From the NCBI GenBank assembly GCA_034521595.1, contig JAXHMG010000003.1, forward strand, positions 1,312,001 through 1,376,000: a stretch of 64,000 bases of DNA, in the 5' to 3' direction. A model generated the notes under the pieces. It was not told the DNA's origin, ran no database searches, and was given only the letters and a program-made list of their open reading frames with translations. Positions 9,720-20,200 of the stretch are shown one piece after another; position 1 is the stretch's first letter, and each line of letters opens with the position of its first letter. The translations under genes were made by a program, and so were the position numbers. Source of the stretch: Gemmatimonadota bacterium. GTDB taxonomy: Bacteria; Gemmatimonadota; Gemmatimonadetes; Longimicrobiales; Gaopeijiaceae.

Positions 9720-10014
9720 CTCCCCGATATTACAACATCGCATTCGTCACTCTTCCTCGTGCGATATTCGCAAGACCCTCGTTCGAGCCCCACCCCACTT
9801 CTTGAACACCCTTCTGATAGAGGCAGGAACGATGCGAGCGTGGACCGGGCGCGAAGAAGTTCCACTGCCTCAGCTTGACATGGATCTTCGCGTTTGCCAA
9901 CACCGAGCCGCCTTGCCGTCCGAGGCCGGGGCCGGGGCCGGGGGTCTGGGTGAACGTCCTGGCCGCGTCCCGTGTTGACAATCTCGCGGCTACACTATAT
10001 CGCCATTCGCCGAT
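9720..10014. promoter_or_regulatory. Divergent promoter region with candidate operators
   Basis: More AT-rich than its flanks. Palindrome TGCGA-TAT-TCGCA at 9760-9772; TTGACA at 9975-9980; ATCG-N8-CGAT at 9999-10014 overlapping ATG 10013. Confidence 0.45.
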
Positions 10015-10113
10015 GAGCGAAATCAATCTCGATACCTGCTGCGGAACGCCCGACTCTGACGTCGAACTCGAACGGATAGAAAGTTCAGGTTCCTCGGATG
10101 TTTGCGTCCCTGA
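10013..10113 (+). pseudogene. 5' stub of a gene with an N-terminal Cys-Cys motif, cut by the ISL3 end
   Basis: MSEINLDTCCGTPDSDVELERIESSGSSDVCVPE runs directly into the IS end at ~10114. Confidence 0.35.
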
Positions 10114-10720
10114 GCCTCATCCGACGAGTTCGAGGCGAGTTTGGTTGAGAGCATAGCTGCGGAGCTTGAAGAAGACCTGGTCTCGGTAGCCGTAGGACCG
10201 GCGTTTGAGGAGCTGGATCTTGGTGTTGATGCCTTCGAGCTCGCTCGATCCAGCCTATGAGGAACCGCCGGGCCGTGTCCTTGTTCGGCTACGTCCAGAG
10301 CTCACGGAGTTCTTCCTCGAGGTAGTAGGCGGCAGCGAGCGGGGCATTGAGCGCCAGAGCCGCCTGGAGTCGGTCGCCCTTCGTCGCGGTCCTCATCCAA
10401 CCGCTCGGGGTTCTTGAGCATCAGCCACCGGGTGCCTTTGAGGACCGCTTGGGCCTCGGCTTCGGCTTAACGCTGCAGTGCCCTACGCAGATCAGAGAAC
10501 TTGTCGTTCATGAGCTTGACGAGGTGGAAGCGGTCGAAGACCACGGCGCCGCACTCGAGGTCGAGCACGATCGTCAGATCGCGGTGGCCTCCCTCGATAC
10601 TGATCTCATCGATGGCGATCCGCTTCAGGTCCCGGAGCCGGGGTCGACCGAAGCGTCGCTGCAGTGCGGTCTTCACGATCTCCTTGACCAACCCCCAGCT
10701 CACGCCCAGATGCCGCGCTC
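10114..10720 (-). mobile_element. ISL3-family transposase remnant (internal deletions, stops, 5' part missing)
   Basis: ARHLGVSWGLVKEI...IAIDEISI...VFDRFHLVKLMN; LKGTRWLMLKNPE; AYYLEEELRELW; LEGINTKIQLLKRRSYGYRD..FFKL with the stop at 10117 inside a TCGGATGAGGC end typical of ISL3. Confidence 0.9.
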
Positions 10721-11478
10721 TACGAGAGTGTCCAATTCTCAACCGTTGCTTTTGTCCAAGATCAAACCGGTGGTGACAAAGGATATGGGGTGTGGCAGTA
10801 AACGCTCGATGTAAGCGTCCGGGATGCTATCGTTCATTACGCGTGTTTTGCCGTCGCATCAGCGATGCTGTCAGGATCAGCCACAGGCCCTTCGACGTAC
10901 CGGCGTAAAGCGGGCCAAAGCACCTGACGCAGCAACTCAGTCGTGCCCCTCCCCCCGCCCGAACCTCCCCGACGACCAGGCCGATGGGCTAGCCCGCAGC
11001 CACCGGGCGTTCCTACCTCTCCCGCGCCCTGCGCAACTCCTCCGCGAGTCGGATGAGATCGGTCGCGCGCTTCTGCGTCAGCTTGGCGAGCGCCTTCTCC
11101 CAACCCTCCGGCGGTGCGCGATAGGACGCGGACTCAGGGTCCAGGCGGGCGCGCCGGAGGGACTGGCTGCGGAACCCCCGCCGCCTTCGCAATGTCGGCG
11201 AGCGCGACGCGGGCGCCGGTCGCCCGGTCGGTGGCCTTCTTGAAATCCAAAGACTACGCTCCTGGTGCCTGAAGTGCGGATGGCCACGACAGTGTAGCCA
11301 ATGAGGGCCACGATGGCGAGGATACGGGTGGCGCATCCAGGGCCTCTCCTCCGGGTTGCGCTCCGGAGCATGAAGCTTCACGGGTGCCCATGTTGGAGCG
11401 TCCGATCCGGGCGCGGGACAACGCGGCCCGGCGGCGTGGCATGCTTCTCGATCCGCGAAGCCCCATGACTTCCTTCCC

Positions 11479-12135
11479 TCACCTCGGCTCGATGAGACCC
11501 GCATCGTCGTCGTCCGGGCGGTTCACCCGCGGGCTCACCTCACGCACCTCGAACGAGCCGTCCGCGGCGGGGACGAGGAGGTCGCCAAGTCGGCCGGTCG
11601 GGGTCGACCGGTCGAGCCACCGGTCGCGGTCCCCGGGCGCCACCACCACGGGCATGCGATCGTGGATCGGGGCCACCTCGGCGTTGGCGTCGGTGGTCAG
11701 GATGGCGAAGGTGTGCCGGGGCTCGGCTCCGGGCCTCTGCCATGACTCCCAGATGCCCGCGAACGAGACGAGCCCTCCCGCAGCCGGGTGGATCCAGTGC
11801 GGAATCTTCCTCCCGTCCCGTGCCTTCCACTCGTAGAAGCCGTTGGCCGGAACGAGGCATCGACGGCGGGCGAACGCCTCGCGGAACGAGCGCTTCCGGG
11901 CGACGGACTCGGCGCGCGCGTTGATGAAGGCCCCGGTCGGCTCGTCCTTCCAAGCGGGCAGGAACCCCCACTCGAGCAGCCCCATCCGGCGGCCCCGGTC
12001 GTCTTCGGCGACCACGGGCGCGAGCTGGCCGGGGGCGATGTTGTAGCGAGGGTGGTGCTCGAAGGTGAGACCCGGGAGGTCGAACACCTCGACGAGGTCT
12101 TCCTCCGACACCGCTAGCGCGTACCGGCCGCACAT
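11479..12135 (-). CDS. SOS response-associated peptidase (SRAP; YedK/HMCES family abasic-site protein)
   Basis: MCGRY N-terminus, PRYNIAPGQ, INARAES, RRCLVPANGFYEW, IHDRMPV. Confidence 0.96.
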   Translation of the reverse strand: MCGRYALAVSEEDLVEVFDLPGLTFEHHPRYNIAPGQLAPVVAEDDRGRRMGLLEWGFLPAWKDEPTGAFINARAESVARKRSFREAFARRRCLVPANGFYEWKARDGRKIPHWIHPAAGGLVSFAGIWESWQRPGAEPRHTFAILTTDANAEVAPIHDRMPVVVAPGDRDRWLDRSTPTGRLGDLLVPAADGSFEVREVSPRVNRPDDDDAGLIEPR

Positions 12136-12152
12136 CGGCGATCAGCTCCCGG

Positions 12153-13562
12153 TCAGTGGCCCGCCCCGTCCGTGGCCTGCTCCCCCACCTGCAGGGCGAT
12201 GTAGGAGAAGTTGAAGCACATCTCGTCGTACGATCCGTAGCCACCGTAGACGACCTCGTCGGTGGGGTTCTCATAGGTGCACCGGACCCGGAGCTCGGCG
12301 CCGTCCATCTTCTCCCGGGAGAAGACCTTGGGCTCGACGAAGGTGAAGTCGCGCTGCCAGTGCAGGTCCCACTCGGGCACGGACAGAAGGGTCTGGTAGC
12401 GCCCGTCGGCGTCGGTGAGGCTGATGACGCCCGAGTGACCGAAGGCGTGCATGTGCAAGTTGGCGGAGTGGATCTCGAAGCCCTCGATCCGGGCCTCATC
12501 CACGTCGGTGATGCGCGACGCGTAGCCGACGAGGGAGGACAGCTCGTCGCTGACCTCGTATGTGGCCTGCTCCTCCGGCGGAATCACCATCGTCCCGTTG
12601 CGCCCGCTGTTCAACCACGGCCCGTGTGTCTGGGGAAGGTGGAAAGCGGGCTTCTCCACCTCGGCCTCGAACTGGAAGTCGAGGCGGGTGTCGCGGTCCG
12701 CCTCGCCGGGCGCTTCGACGCTGTAGTAGTGCATCTGCACGACCAGGGCCGCGCCGGGCTCCATCCTGATCCCCGTGCCCTCGGGGAAGGTGTGGCCGTC
12801 CATGCCCGGCGCCCAGTGAGCGAGCCACCAGGACGCCCGGCTCAGCTCACGGACCCCGTCGGGATACCGGGCCTCGTACGCCTCCCGTTCGGCCCGTTCA
12901 CTCAGCCGGTCGGGGAGAGCGCCGCCGAAGCACTGATAGCCTTGGCCCTCCTCCTCGTCCTCGAGCTCCCGGAAGCGCTCGACCATCTCGGGGTCCACCG
13001 CGTACACCACCGTGTGATGGGCCACGTTCTCGTTGCCGGGCACGGTTCGGAATCCCGTCACGTATCCCCGATCCTCGGCGGTCCACTCGGTGACGAAGCA
13101 GCGGTAGTCGTCGTCCATCGACTGATCGGGCAGGTACGGCGTGTCGCCGAGCACGTCCGTCGACAGGTCCGCGCGGAACGTCGGCGGAGCGTTGGCGGGC
13201 TCGACCTCCGGATCCGGCCGCGGCTCGCCCTTCGGATATCCGGCGTCGCGCCACGCCGCAACCATGCCGACGACCTCTTCGTCCAGCGACATGTCGCCGA
13301 CGTACTCCTGATGGCCCGGCTCCGCGAGCCATGGGGGCATCTGCCGGACGGTCACCGCCCCGGCGATGCGGCGCCGCTCCTCGAAGGTCTCCTCGGGATC
13401 CTCCATCGACCAGGCGATACCGTCCTCGGAATGGCATCCCATGCACTCCTTCGCCAGAACGGGACGGACGTCGGCGTAGTACTCCTGAGCCTCGACCGCT
13501 GCGGGAGCCAGGAGGACGGCGGCGAGGAGGGCGGCGACCGGTGGGGCGGGCGGATAACGCAT
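12153..13562 (-). CDS. Exported heme c / copper type II (PHM/DBH-like) monooxygenase fusion
   Basis: RBS GAAGGGAG before ATG 13562; signal peptide ending VEA-Q; CMGCH then MPPW; Cu-ligand motifs AHHTVVY, QMHY, LHMH and DEMC. Confidence 0.85.
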   Translation of the reverse strand: MRYPPAPPVAALLAAVLLAPAAVEAQEYYADVRPVLAKECMGCHSEDGIAWSMEDPEETFEERRRIAGAVTVRQMPPWLAEPGHQEYVGDMSLDEEVVGMVAAWRDAGYPKGEPRPDPEVEPANAPPTFRADLSTDVLGDTPYLPDQSMDDDYRCFVTEWTAEDRGYVTGFRTVPGNENVAHHTVVYAVDPEMVERFRELEDEEEGQGYQCFGGALPDRLSERAEREAYEARYPDGVRELSRASWWLAHWAPGMDGHTFPEGTGIRMEPGAALVVQMHYYSVEAPGEADRDTRLDFQFEAEVEKPAFHLPQTHGPWLNSGRNGTMVIPPEEQATYEVSDELSSLVGYASRITDVDEARIEGFEIHSANLHMHAFGHSGVISLTDADGRYQTLLSVPEWDLHWQRDFTFVEPKVFSREKMDGAELRVRCTYENPTDEVVYGGYGSYDEMCFNFSYIALQVGEQATDGAGH

Positions 13563-13665
13563 CTCGGTACTCCCTTCGGCGTGGCACAGCCGGGTCCGCA
13601 CGCAAACCCGGACCTGCAAACTACGGTCCGCGAGCGATGTCGGCACGCATGGCGTGTCACCGCCG

Positions 13666-14706
13666 TCACCGGCCCCTCGAATCCCCCACCGCCCGGAAGT
13701 AACCCCGGAGATTGGACGGCCGATACGACGGATCCTCGTCCCACCGTCGTATGGCCGAAGGATGCAGCGTCTGCGATCGGTCGGGGCGAATGGGACGCTC
13801 GTGGCGGGGCGCCAGCCGGTACCACCCTACCCTGGAATTGTGGGCCTGCGCTGTCGGCTCTCCCTCCAACGGCCGCGCCGCGACGACGTCCGAGTCGAAG
13901 TGGAGACCCGCCAGCTCCGCGTTGTCCATCATCCACTGGAGCGTGATGTCCGACAAGCCGTCGTCCAGGTATCCGCCCCCGACGTCGCTGTGCACGCCGG
14001 GGAACCAGGTCTGGGACACGAGCTGGCCGGGCTTCGGCTTCTCGATCCAGAGCGTCGGCTCGAACGGGCCACGGCGCTCGTCGATGGCGAGTGCGTGGAA
14101 GGCGTACTCCACGGTGCCACTGAGCTCGCAATCGTGGAAATCCCGATTCCTCCGCGTGAGCGCGCGGAGACCGGTGAGGGGGATGCCCAGCGCCCCCACG
14201 GTGTCCCAGACGCCGATGCAGCGGATCGGGATCGACTCGGAGCCGCAGCACGAGTAGCTCGCACGGAAGCTGGTGGGCTGGTCGTCGTCCGGGTGGGTGC
14301 CGGAATCCTGGTACAGCTCGAGGGCGTCGACGTACATGCCGACGTGCTTGCGGTCGAGAATCCCGCACTTCCGGATCATTCCGCCCAAGCTCCGAGCGGT
14401 GTAGGCCCCCCTGCTGAACCCGAAGAGGTAGATCTCGTCGCCCGGCTCGTAGTTCGCGAGGAGGAAGCGATAGGCGTCGAAGATGTTGTCGCTCAGCCCC
14501 CCACCGAACGCCCCGCCGGTGAAGCGATCCAGCACGTTACCGGTGCCGACGCCCTGATCGTAGAAGACGATCTGCGCCACTCCGTCCGGGTCACGCTTGG
14601 CGACGCGGTACGCCAGCTTGACCACGTTCGTCGGGCAGAGTGTTCCGTCCTTCTGCTGGTCCGCCCGGTTCCAGGTCCCGTCGCAGCAGATGACGAGGCG
14701 TTTCAT
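13666..14706 (-). CDS. DUF2235 (Tle1-like) alpha/beta-hydrolase, putative phospholipase
   Basis: KRLVICCDGTWN, TNVVKL, YDQGVGT, FGFSRGAYTAR, IGVWDTVGALG, HALAIDERR, WFPGVHSDVGGGY. No signal peptide. Confidence 0.95.
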   Translation of the reverse strand: MKRLVICCDGTWNRADQQKDGTLCPTNVVKLAYRVAKRDPDGVAQIVFYDQGVGTGNVLDRFTGGAFGGGLSDNIFDAYRFLLANYEPGDEIYLFGFSRGAYTARSLGGMIRKCGILDRKHVGMYVDALELYQDSGTHPDDDQPTSFRASYSCCGSESIPIRCIGVWDTVGALGIPLTGLRALTRRNRDFHDCELSGTVEYAFHALAIDERRGPFEPTLWIEKPKPGQLVSQTWFPGVHSDVGGGYLDDGLSDITLQWMMDNAELAGLHFDSDVVAARPLEGEPTAQAHNSRVGWYRLAPRHERPIRPDRSQTLHPSAIRRWDEDPSYRPSNLRGYFRAVGDSRGR

Positions 14707-15049
14707 GTCACGATCAGAATATCTTCATCCATGCCTCCACTATATCCGGATTACGATTGGTTGGACACGAGGTGGTGGACTGGTCCCGGGTACAGGCCGG
14801 GTACAGCGCCATCGGCGTAGTTTCGATGGCCGAGGCGCACCTTGCCCGCGCGTTCACCGCTGGGCATGTTCACGGGAACACCGGCTCGCCCTCCTTCGTC
14901 TCCGAAGCAGGTGGCCGCGTAGGAGAGAGCCCTCTCCAGCCGGTGCGCACTTCAGCTTGATTCTGCATGAGCGCCCCCTTCTCGATCCACCTCGTCGGGT
15001 CTGTGTCGGTGCGGCTTCCGCCCTGCTATCTCGTGAACAGGAGGCTCCT

Positions 15050-17278
15050 GTGCGTGTGACCGTCCGTATCGACGACGTCGTCGGCCGAAGCTCCTCGCGG
15101 GACGGCAGACCCTGGCTCTGGCCCGTCTTCTTCGCCGTGGACGACACCGCGTTGGCCGGCCTCCTGTCGGGGCGTCCCGAGGAAGAGGGCGTGCTGCATG
15201 CCCATCCCCCGGTCACGGTCGCGGCACGGTCGCCGAATCGGGGCGCTCGGCGTTCGACCCCGCCTCTGGCCCTCTGGTCGTTCGACCTCCGGACCGAAGT
15301 CCTGCGAAGCGAGACCGCCCTCGTGGGCGTGGCCGCGGTCCTGGAGCGAGGAGATCGGCCGTCCGAGGAGGCTCGCGACGCCGTGGACGAGCTGGTCGCG
15401 GGCCTCCGCCTGACCCTCGCCCGACACCTCGGCGGATCGCTGGGGCTGGGGAGCCTGCTGTCCGCGTTCGCGGGCGGTGGGATGGGAATGGACCCGTCGG
15501 CCGGGCTCGATCCGCCGGAAGGTGCCCTCTCCCTGGAAGATCTGGAACGGGGATCCGTCCCGACCCCCGAGTCCGGCCCCCTCGACCGGTTGGCTCAGGG
15601 GCCGGTGCTCGCGACCCTCCGCGGGCAGACCGCGGACATGGACCGCGAGCGCGCGCTGGGATTCTCGATCCTGTCGGGGCTGGTCGCCGATCCGGACTAC
15701 GAGGCCGAAAGGGCCTACGTCCGCCCGCCCCTGGTCTCCGGCTACCGACCGAACGAGCTCGGAGCGATCCCCGAGGACGGCGGCGGCGCACCACCGGACG
15801 ATCCGGGGTTCGGACGCGGGCCGCGTACGGGCGACCGCCCCGGAAGAACCCGCGGGGGACGCGGGACCCCGATCCGGCCCGACCTCGGACGCATCGTCGG
15901 CCGAATGCCTCCGGGGCTCCGGCGGAACGAGCGGCTCGGAATACGCGTTCCGCCCCGCATCGGCCGGCCGGTGCCTCTCCCGGACCCTTCGCCCACACCC
16001 GACCTGCCGCGACGCTTTCACGGCCTCCGGCTCGACCAGCCCGTGACCCTGCCCGAGCTGACCCGGGAAGGCGGCGCGGTCATCGGCTCCGGGTTCGCGT
16101 TCTGGACCCCAGCGGAGCTCGCCGAACCGGAGGCTCGAGGGTTCCGCACGCGCCTCCACGGCGAACGTGGCGCTCGGGTGTCGTTCGTCATGCGGGGAAC
16201 GGTGAGGGTCACCCCACGAGCGGAGGGCCGACCGACGGGTTGGAGCCGGGGGCGGCGGGGTGGCTCCCATCTGGTCGTCCCTTCGGAGGACGGCTCGATC
16301 TCGGTGTACCTGCGCGGGGCGGGCGCGGCCGAGCACGAAACCCTCTCCCTCGAGCCGGATGCGTTCCCGGTCGGTCGCATCTCGGGGGGCGCCCTCGGAA
16401 AACAGCACCTCATCGCTTGGCGCGACGCGGCGGGACGCATTCGGTCCGCCGAGCGGACCGGGGGTGGGTCCTGGGTACCGGCGACGGTCGTGGATCAGGA
16501 CGGCGCGGTCGGAGCGCCGACCCTCCTGGCCGACGCGGCCCGGAAGCGGTGGGCCTTGGCCTACGGCGCCGAAGGCGGGGGCGTCCACGTCGCGGTCTCC
16601 AGGGGACGACGGTGGAAGCGGATGGAGGTCGGCGAAGCGGGCCGCGAAGTCGAGCAGGTCGCCCTGGCAGCTCTTCCCGCGGGCGAGCGCGACAACGAGG
16701 GGCTGTTGTGGGCCGCCTGGGCCGGCGCGGACGGCACGCCCATGATGGCCAGCGAAACCCGTTCCGGGTCCTGGAAGGTGTCCGGGATCCGCGCGGCGGG
16801 AAGCTTGCCGCCGGTCGCCGGCGGGCCCCTCGCGCTCGCCGACCCCACCGGTCGCCTGCCGGCTCTGGCCTACCGGGCCCCCGACGGTCTGGTGCTCCTC
16901 CTTCCGTCCCGCGGACGATGGCGGGTGGAGCGCCCGAAGCTGCCGACGCTGCCTCGACCGGTCGGCGACATCGACGGCGTGACGATACCCGCCTGGAAGT
17001 CCGTCGCCCTGGGGTTCCGATCGGCGGACGGTGGCATTCACCTCGTCCTCCGGGACGGCGACGGCACCTGGCGACATGAGCCCCTCCGCAAGATTCCCGC
17101 CACGCCCGGAGGCGGCTCCGATCCCTGCCTCTGGGTAGCCGGGCGGAACCTCCATGTGGGCTGGCTCGACGAGCGCGGCCACGTATGGGAGGCGAGCCGC
17201 GCAGAAGACGGGACCTGGCGCTCGGCCGACATCGACGCGCTGTCGGACGCCTCCGAATCCGCCCGGGGCCGGTCATGA
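15050..17278 (+). CDS. Hypothetical protein (~742 aa) with a C-terminal Trp-rich beta-propeller (fucose-lectin/PLL-like repeats)
   Basis: RBS CAGGAGG then GTG at 15050. At least 6 repeats such as LIAWRDAAGRIRSAERTGGGSW, LGFRSADGGIHLVLRDGDGTW and VGWLDERGHVWEASRAEDGTW. The stop overlaps the next ATG (ATGA). Confidence 0.8.
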   Translation: MRVTVRIDDVVGRSSSRDGRPWLWPVFFAVDDTALAGLLSGRPEEEGVLHAHPPVTVAARSPNRGARRSTPPLALWSFDLRTEVLRSETALVGVAAVLERGDRPSEEARDAVDELVAGLRLTLARHLGGSLGLGSLLSAFAGGGMGMDPSAGLDPPEGALSLEDLERGSVPTPESGPLDRLAQGPVLATLRGQTADMDRERALGFSILSGLVADPDYEAERAYVRPPLVSGYRPNELGAIPEDGGGAPPDDPGFGRGPRTGDRPGRTRGGRGTPIRPDLGRIVGRMPPGLRRNERLGIRVPPRIGRPVPLPDPSPTPDLPRRFHGLRLDQPVTLPELTREGGAVIGSGFAFWTPAELAEPEARGFRTRLHGERGARVSFVMRGTVRVTPRAEGRPTGWSRGRRGGSHLVVPSEDGSISVYLRGAGAAEHETLSLEPDAFPVGRISGGALGKQHLIAWRDAAGRIRSAERTGGGSWVPATVVDQDGAVGAPTLLADAARKRWALAYGAEGGGVHVAVSRGRRWKRMEVGEAGREVEQVALAALPAGERDNEGLLWAAWAGADGTPMMASETRSGSWKVSGIRAAGSLPPVAGGPLALADPTGRLPALAYRAPDGLVLLLPSRGRWRVERPKLPTLPRPVGDIDGVTIPAWKSVALGFRSADGGIHLVLRDGDGTWRHEPLRKIPATPGGGSDPCLWVAGRNLHVGWLDERGHVWEASRAEDGTWRSADIDALSDASESARGRS

Positions 17279-20200
17279 CGGTGCTACGCGGCATCACGCT
17301 CCTCGACCTGATCCCCGAGCTCCCGGCGGGCGCTCAGGGCATCATCCCCGGCGACATTGGGCGCTTCCTCGAGCTGCTGAGCGTCGTGGAGCACGCCCCG
17401 CTCGCCAACGAGGGTTGGTTCACCCATGGTGGCGTGCTCCAGGGCGCCACCGATGCGGGACTCGAGCTGCCCGCCAACCTCCCGCTCCGGCTTCCGGGCC
17501 TCAACGCCGGCGTTCGCTTCCAGCTCTCGTGGCCCCGCGTGGAGCCCGTGGGCACGGATCCCGGGGACATGGAGGGGGCCCCCGACCGCTGGATCCTGGA
17601 CGTCTACGTGGGACGCATCGTCGTTCCCGTCCCCGGTCCGACGCCGGCGACACGGGTCCCGAGCGCCCCTGCTCAACCCCAGCATCTCGTCGCCGACCGG
17701 TCCCGCGACTGGGTGCAGATCACGGGAAGCGGCGTTCTCCGCATCACGCACGACGACAGCGGAACCGCGCTGGACCTCATCGCCCCGGCCGACCCCCTCG
17801 ATCCCGAGGAGCCCATCGGAGCGGTGCTGGAGCTGGGGCTGAACCCGCCCCACATGCTGTTCCACGAGAGCGGCTTCGGCATGAGCATCGGTCGGGTCGT
17901 CTGGGACGCGACCGGCAGCTACACGCCGCCCGAGATCGAGGCCCGGGGCCACGACGCCGCCTGGAAGGGCGTGTCGCTGGCCGAAGCGTCTCTGTACCTG
18001 CCGCATAACCTGCCGCTGTTCGGGGACGTCTCGTTCGGGGTCAAGGACGTGCTGTACGGACTCACCGACCCGGGCGGCGTGCAATTCGATGCCTACCTGG
18101 AGCTGGGCAATCCGCTCTCGTCGGGCGAGACCATCCAGTTCTTCCAGGAGCTCGAAGACGGAACCATCCATCATCCCTCCGACCCCGGGGCCGGCCTGAC
18201 CCGGACGGTCGTGCTCCACTCCTCGACGGAGGAGCGCGCACGGGTACGGGCCGTCCTCGATTCGGGGGCGGACGCGGTCTGGTCCTATCCGGGCGCGCGC
18301 AACGTCACCGCGCAGGGCACCGACTGGTTCACGGTGACGCCGGGCAACGAGCGGAGCTCGCTCACATTCCGCCGAGTCGCCACGAACGAGGCCGGGGAGA
18401 CGGTGTTCGGCCCGCAGATCACGTTCGTCTTCCGGAAGGAGGTCCCGGAACCGCAGCACGCGCCCAGGATCCAGGTCACGCAGGACGGGAACACGTGGGA
18501 CAACGTGGTCCACCTCTCGGGATCCACGGAAGCGTTGGCGGGCCTGGAGTTCACCGTCGTCTCGGACCCGAGCCTCACACCGGAGCGAAGGGAGCAGCTG
18601 CGATGGGACCTGGAGCACGACGGCGTCTCGCTGTCGGTGACCGGGGACTCGTTCACGCCGGCCACCTCGTTCCGCCCGGGCCTGCACGTGCTGGTGCTGC
18701 ACGACGAGGAGGACCGCACGCGGCGGCTCGAGATCGAGGGGATCGAGGAAGGGCGGCTGATCGTGGGCTCCGAGGGGGGACCGCGTGAGGTCGACGGAGG
18801 CACCGAAGGCGCCGTCGGGGTCACCGGCGTCGAAGCGTCGCACCATCTGGCGACCTACCACGAGTCGGGCGAGCGGACGGCTGCAAGCGGGGATCAGGCG
18901 TCCGTGAGCGGAGGGACGCTCACCGTCCCGGAGGGCGTCCTCGCCGAGGCCGCCCTCGACATCGGCAGCGGCGACGACCCGGACGCGGCGAACCCGGCGG
19001 AGGAGGAACCTCCCGTCCAGGCCGTCCGGATCTTCATGGTCTTCGAGGTGGATCAGTTCGCCGGCGAGTGGCGCCGGATCTCACCGGTACGGACGGACCC
19101 GGGCTGGGACCCGTTCGGGCCCCTGGAGCCCTACCCCGACCACGGCCCGACCGGCACGGGTCCCCGGGACCCGGTGGGCATCGCGTCCGGCGACGCCGTC
19201 TCCCCCTTCGTCCCCTCCGACCTTCTCCGGTGGGCGGAGAGCTTCCCGTCCGACACGGATTTCGTGGTCATCGGCCGCTGCGACGACCTCGGGCCGCAGC
19301 AGCTCAACGTGGACCTCGGTGCCGACCGGGCGCAGGCCGTGTTCGACCTGCTCACGTCGCCGTCCTCCGGATCGGAGCTCACGGCCATCGATCCCTCGCG
19401 GATCTACCACCGCGGGGAGCAGGAGAGCGCGTCCCTCCCCTCCGGCACCCCGGACATCCCGGCGGGCCGGCCCGGGCTGAGCGACCGTGCGGCCATCGAA
19501 TGGCGGATCCACGACGACTATCCGGACTCCGACACGAGCACCGGCTCGGGCTGGGGTCCGACCCGGGACGACCGCTCGGCCCGGCTGGAAGCGAGGTGCG
19601 TGGACGTCTACGCCATCCGGCCCGCCACGGACACCACCGTCGTTCCGCCGTCCGACGACGAATCCCGGGATCCCGCCCGCCGCCGCGCGCTGGTTCCGGG
19701 ACCGGACCGCACGACGTCCGAGGAGCCCGCCCCGCGCGACGTGGACCTGGGCTACCGGCTGCAGCTCCGCGCCAAGTGGGACAGCCCCACCATCGTCGAC
19801 AAGCGCGACTGGATCCCCGTGCTCGTGGAGATGACGCTCGACTGGCAGCGGGAGTCCCGCGCGCTCCCCGACGGCATGGGCGACGTGCAGCCGCAACCGG
19901 TCAGCGACGACGCCAACGCCGAGATCTGGCGGTTCCTCGGTCGCTTCGCCTACGACCCGCGGAGCGGGCAGACGGAGTTCACCGCGGCGCTGGACACGCC
20001 GGGCGACGAGAAGGGGATCTTCCACATCGTCTCTCCGGACGCCGACTCGGACGCCGACGAGGTCGTGGCGCTGGCGCTCGGACTCGGGCCAGCGCTCCTG
20101 GCGGGCGTGGACGCGGCGGAGCCCGGGAGCTCGGCCGTCCGCATCGGCGCGCTGTTGGCGGCCGTGGCCGGGGTGCTCGCCACCGACATCGTCAAGGACG

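Noticed and set aside
10837-11504. Short ORFs between ISL3 and SRAP (a TM-like ILAIVALIGYTVVAI segment and a helical EKALAKLTQKR segment)
   Set aside because: The pieces are in different frames with no clear start or family; they may be a decayed gene but cannot be supported.
14597-15049. Upstream extension of the propeller gene
   Set aside because: It overlaps the DUF2235 start and the divergent intergenic region; a strong RBS precedes GTG 15050.
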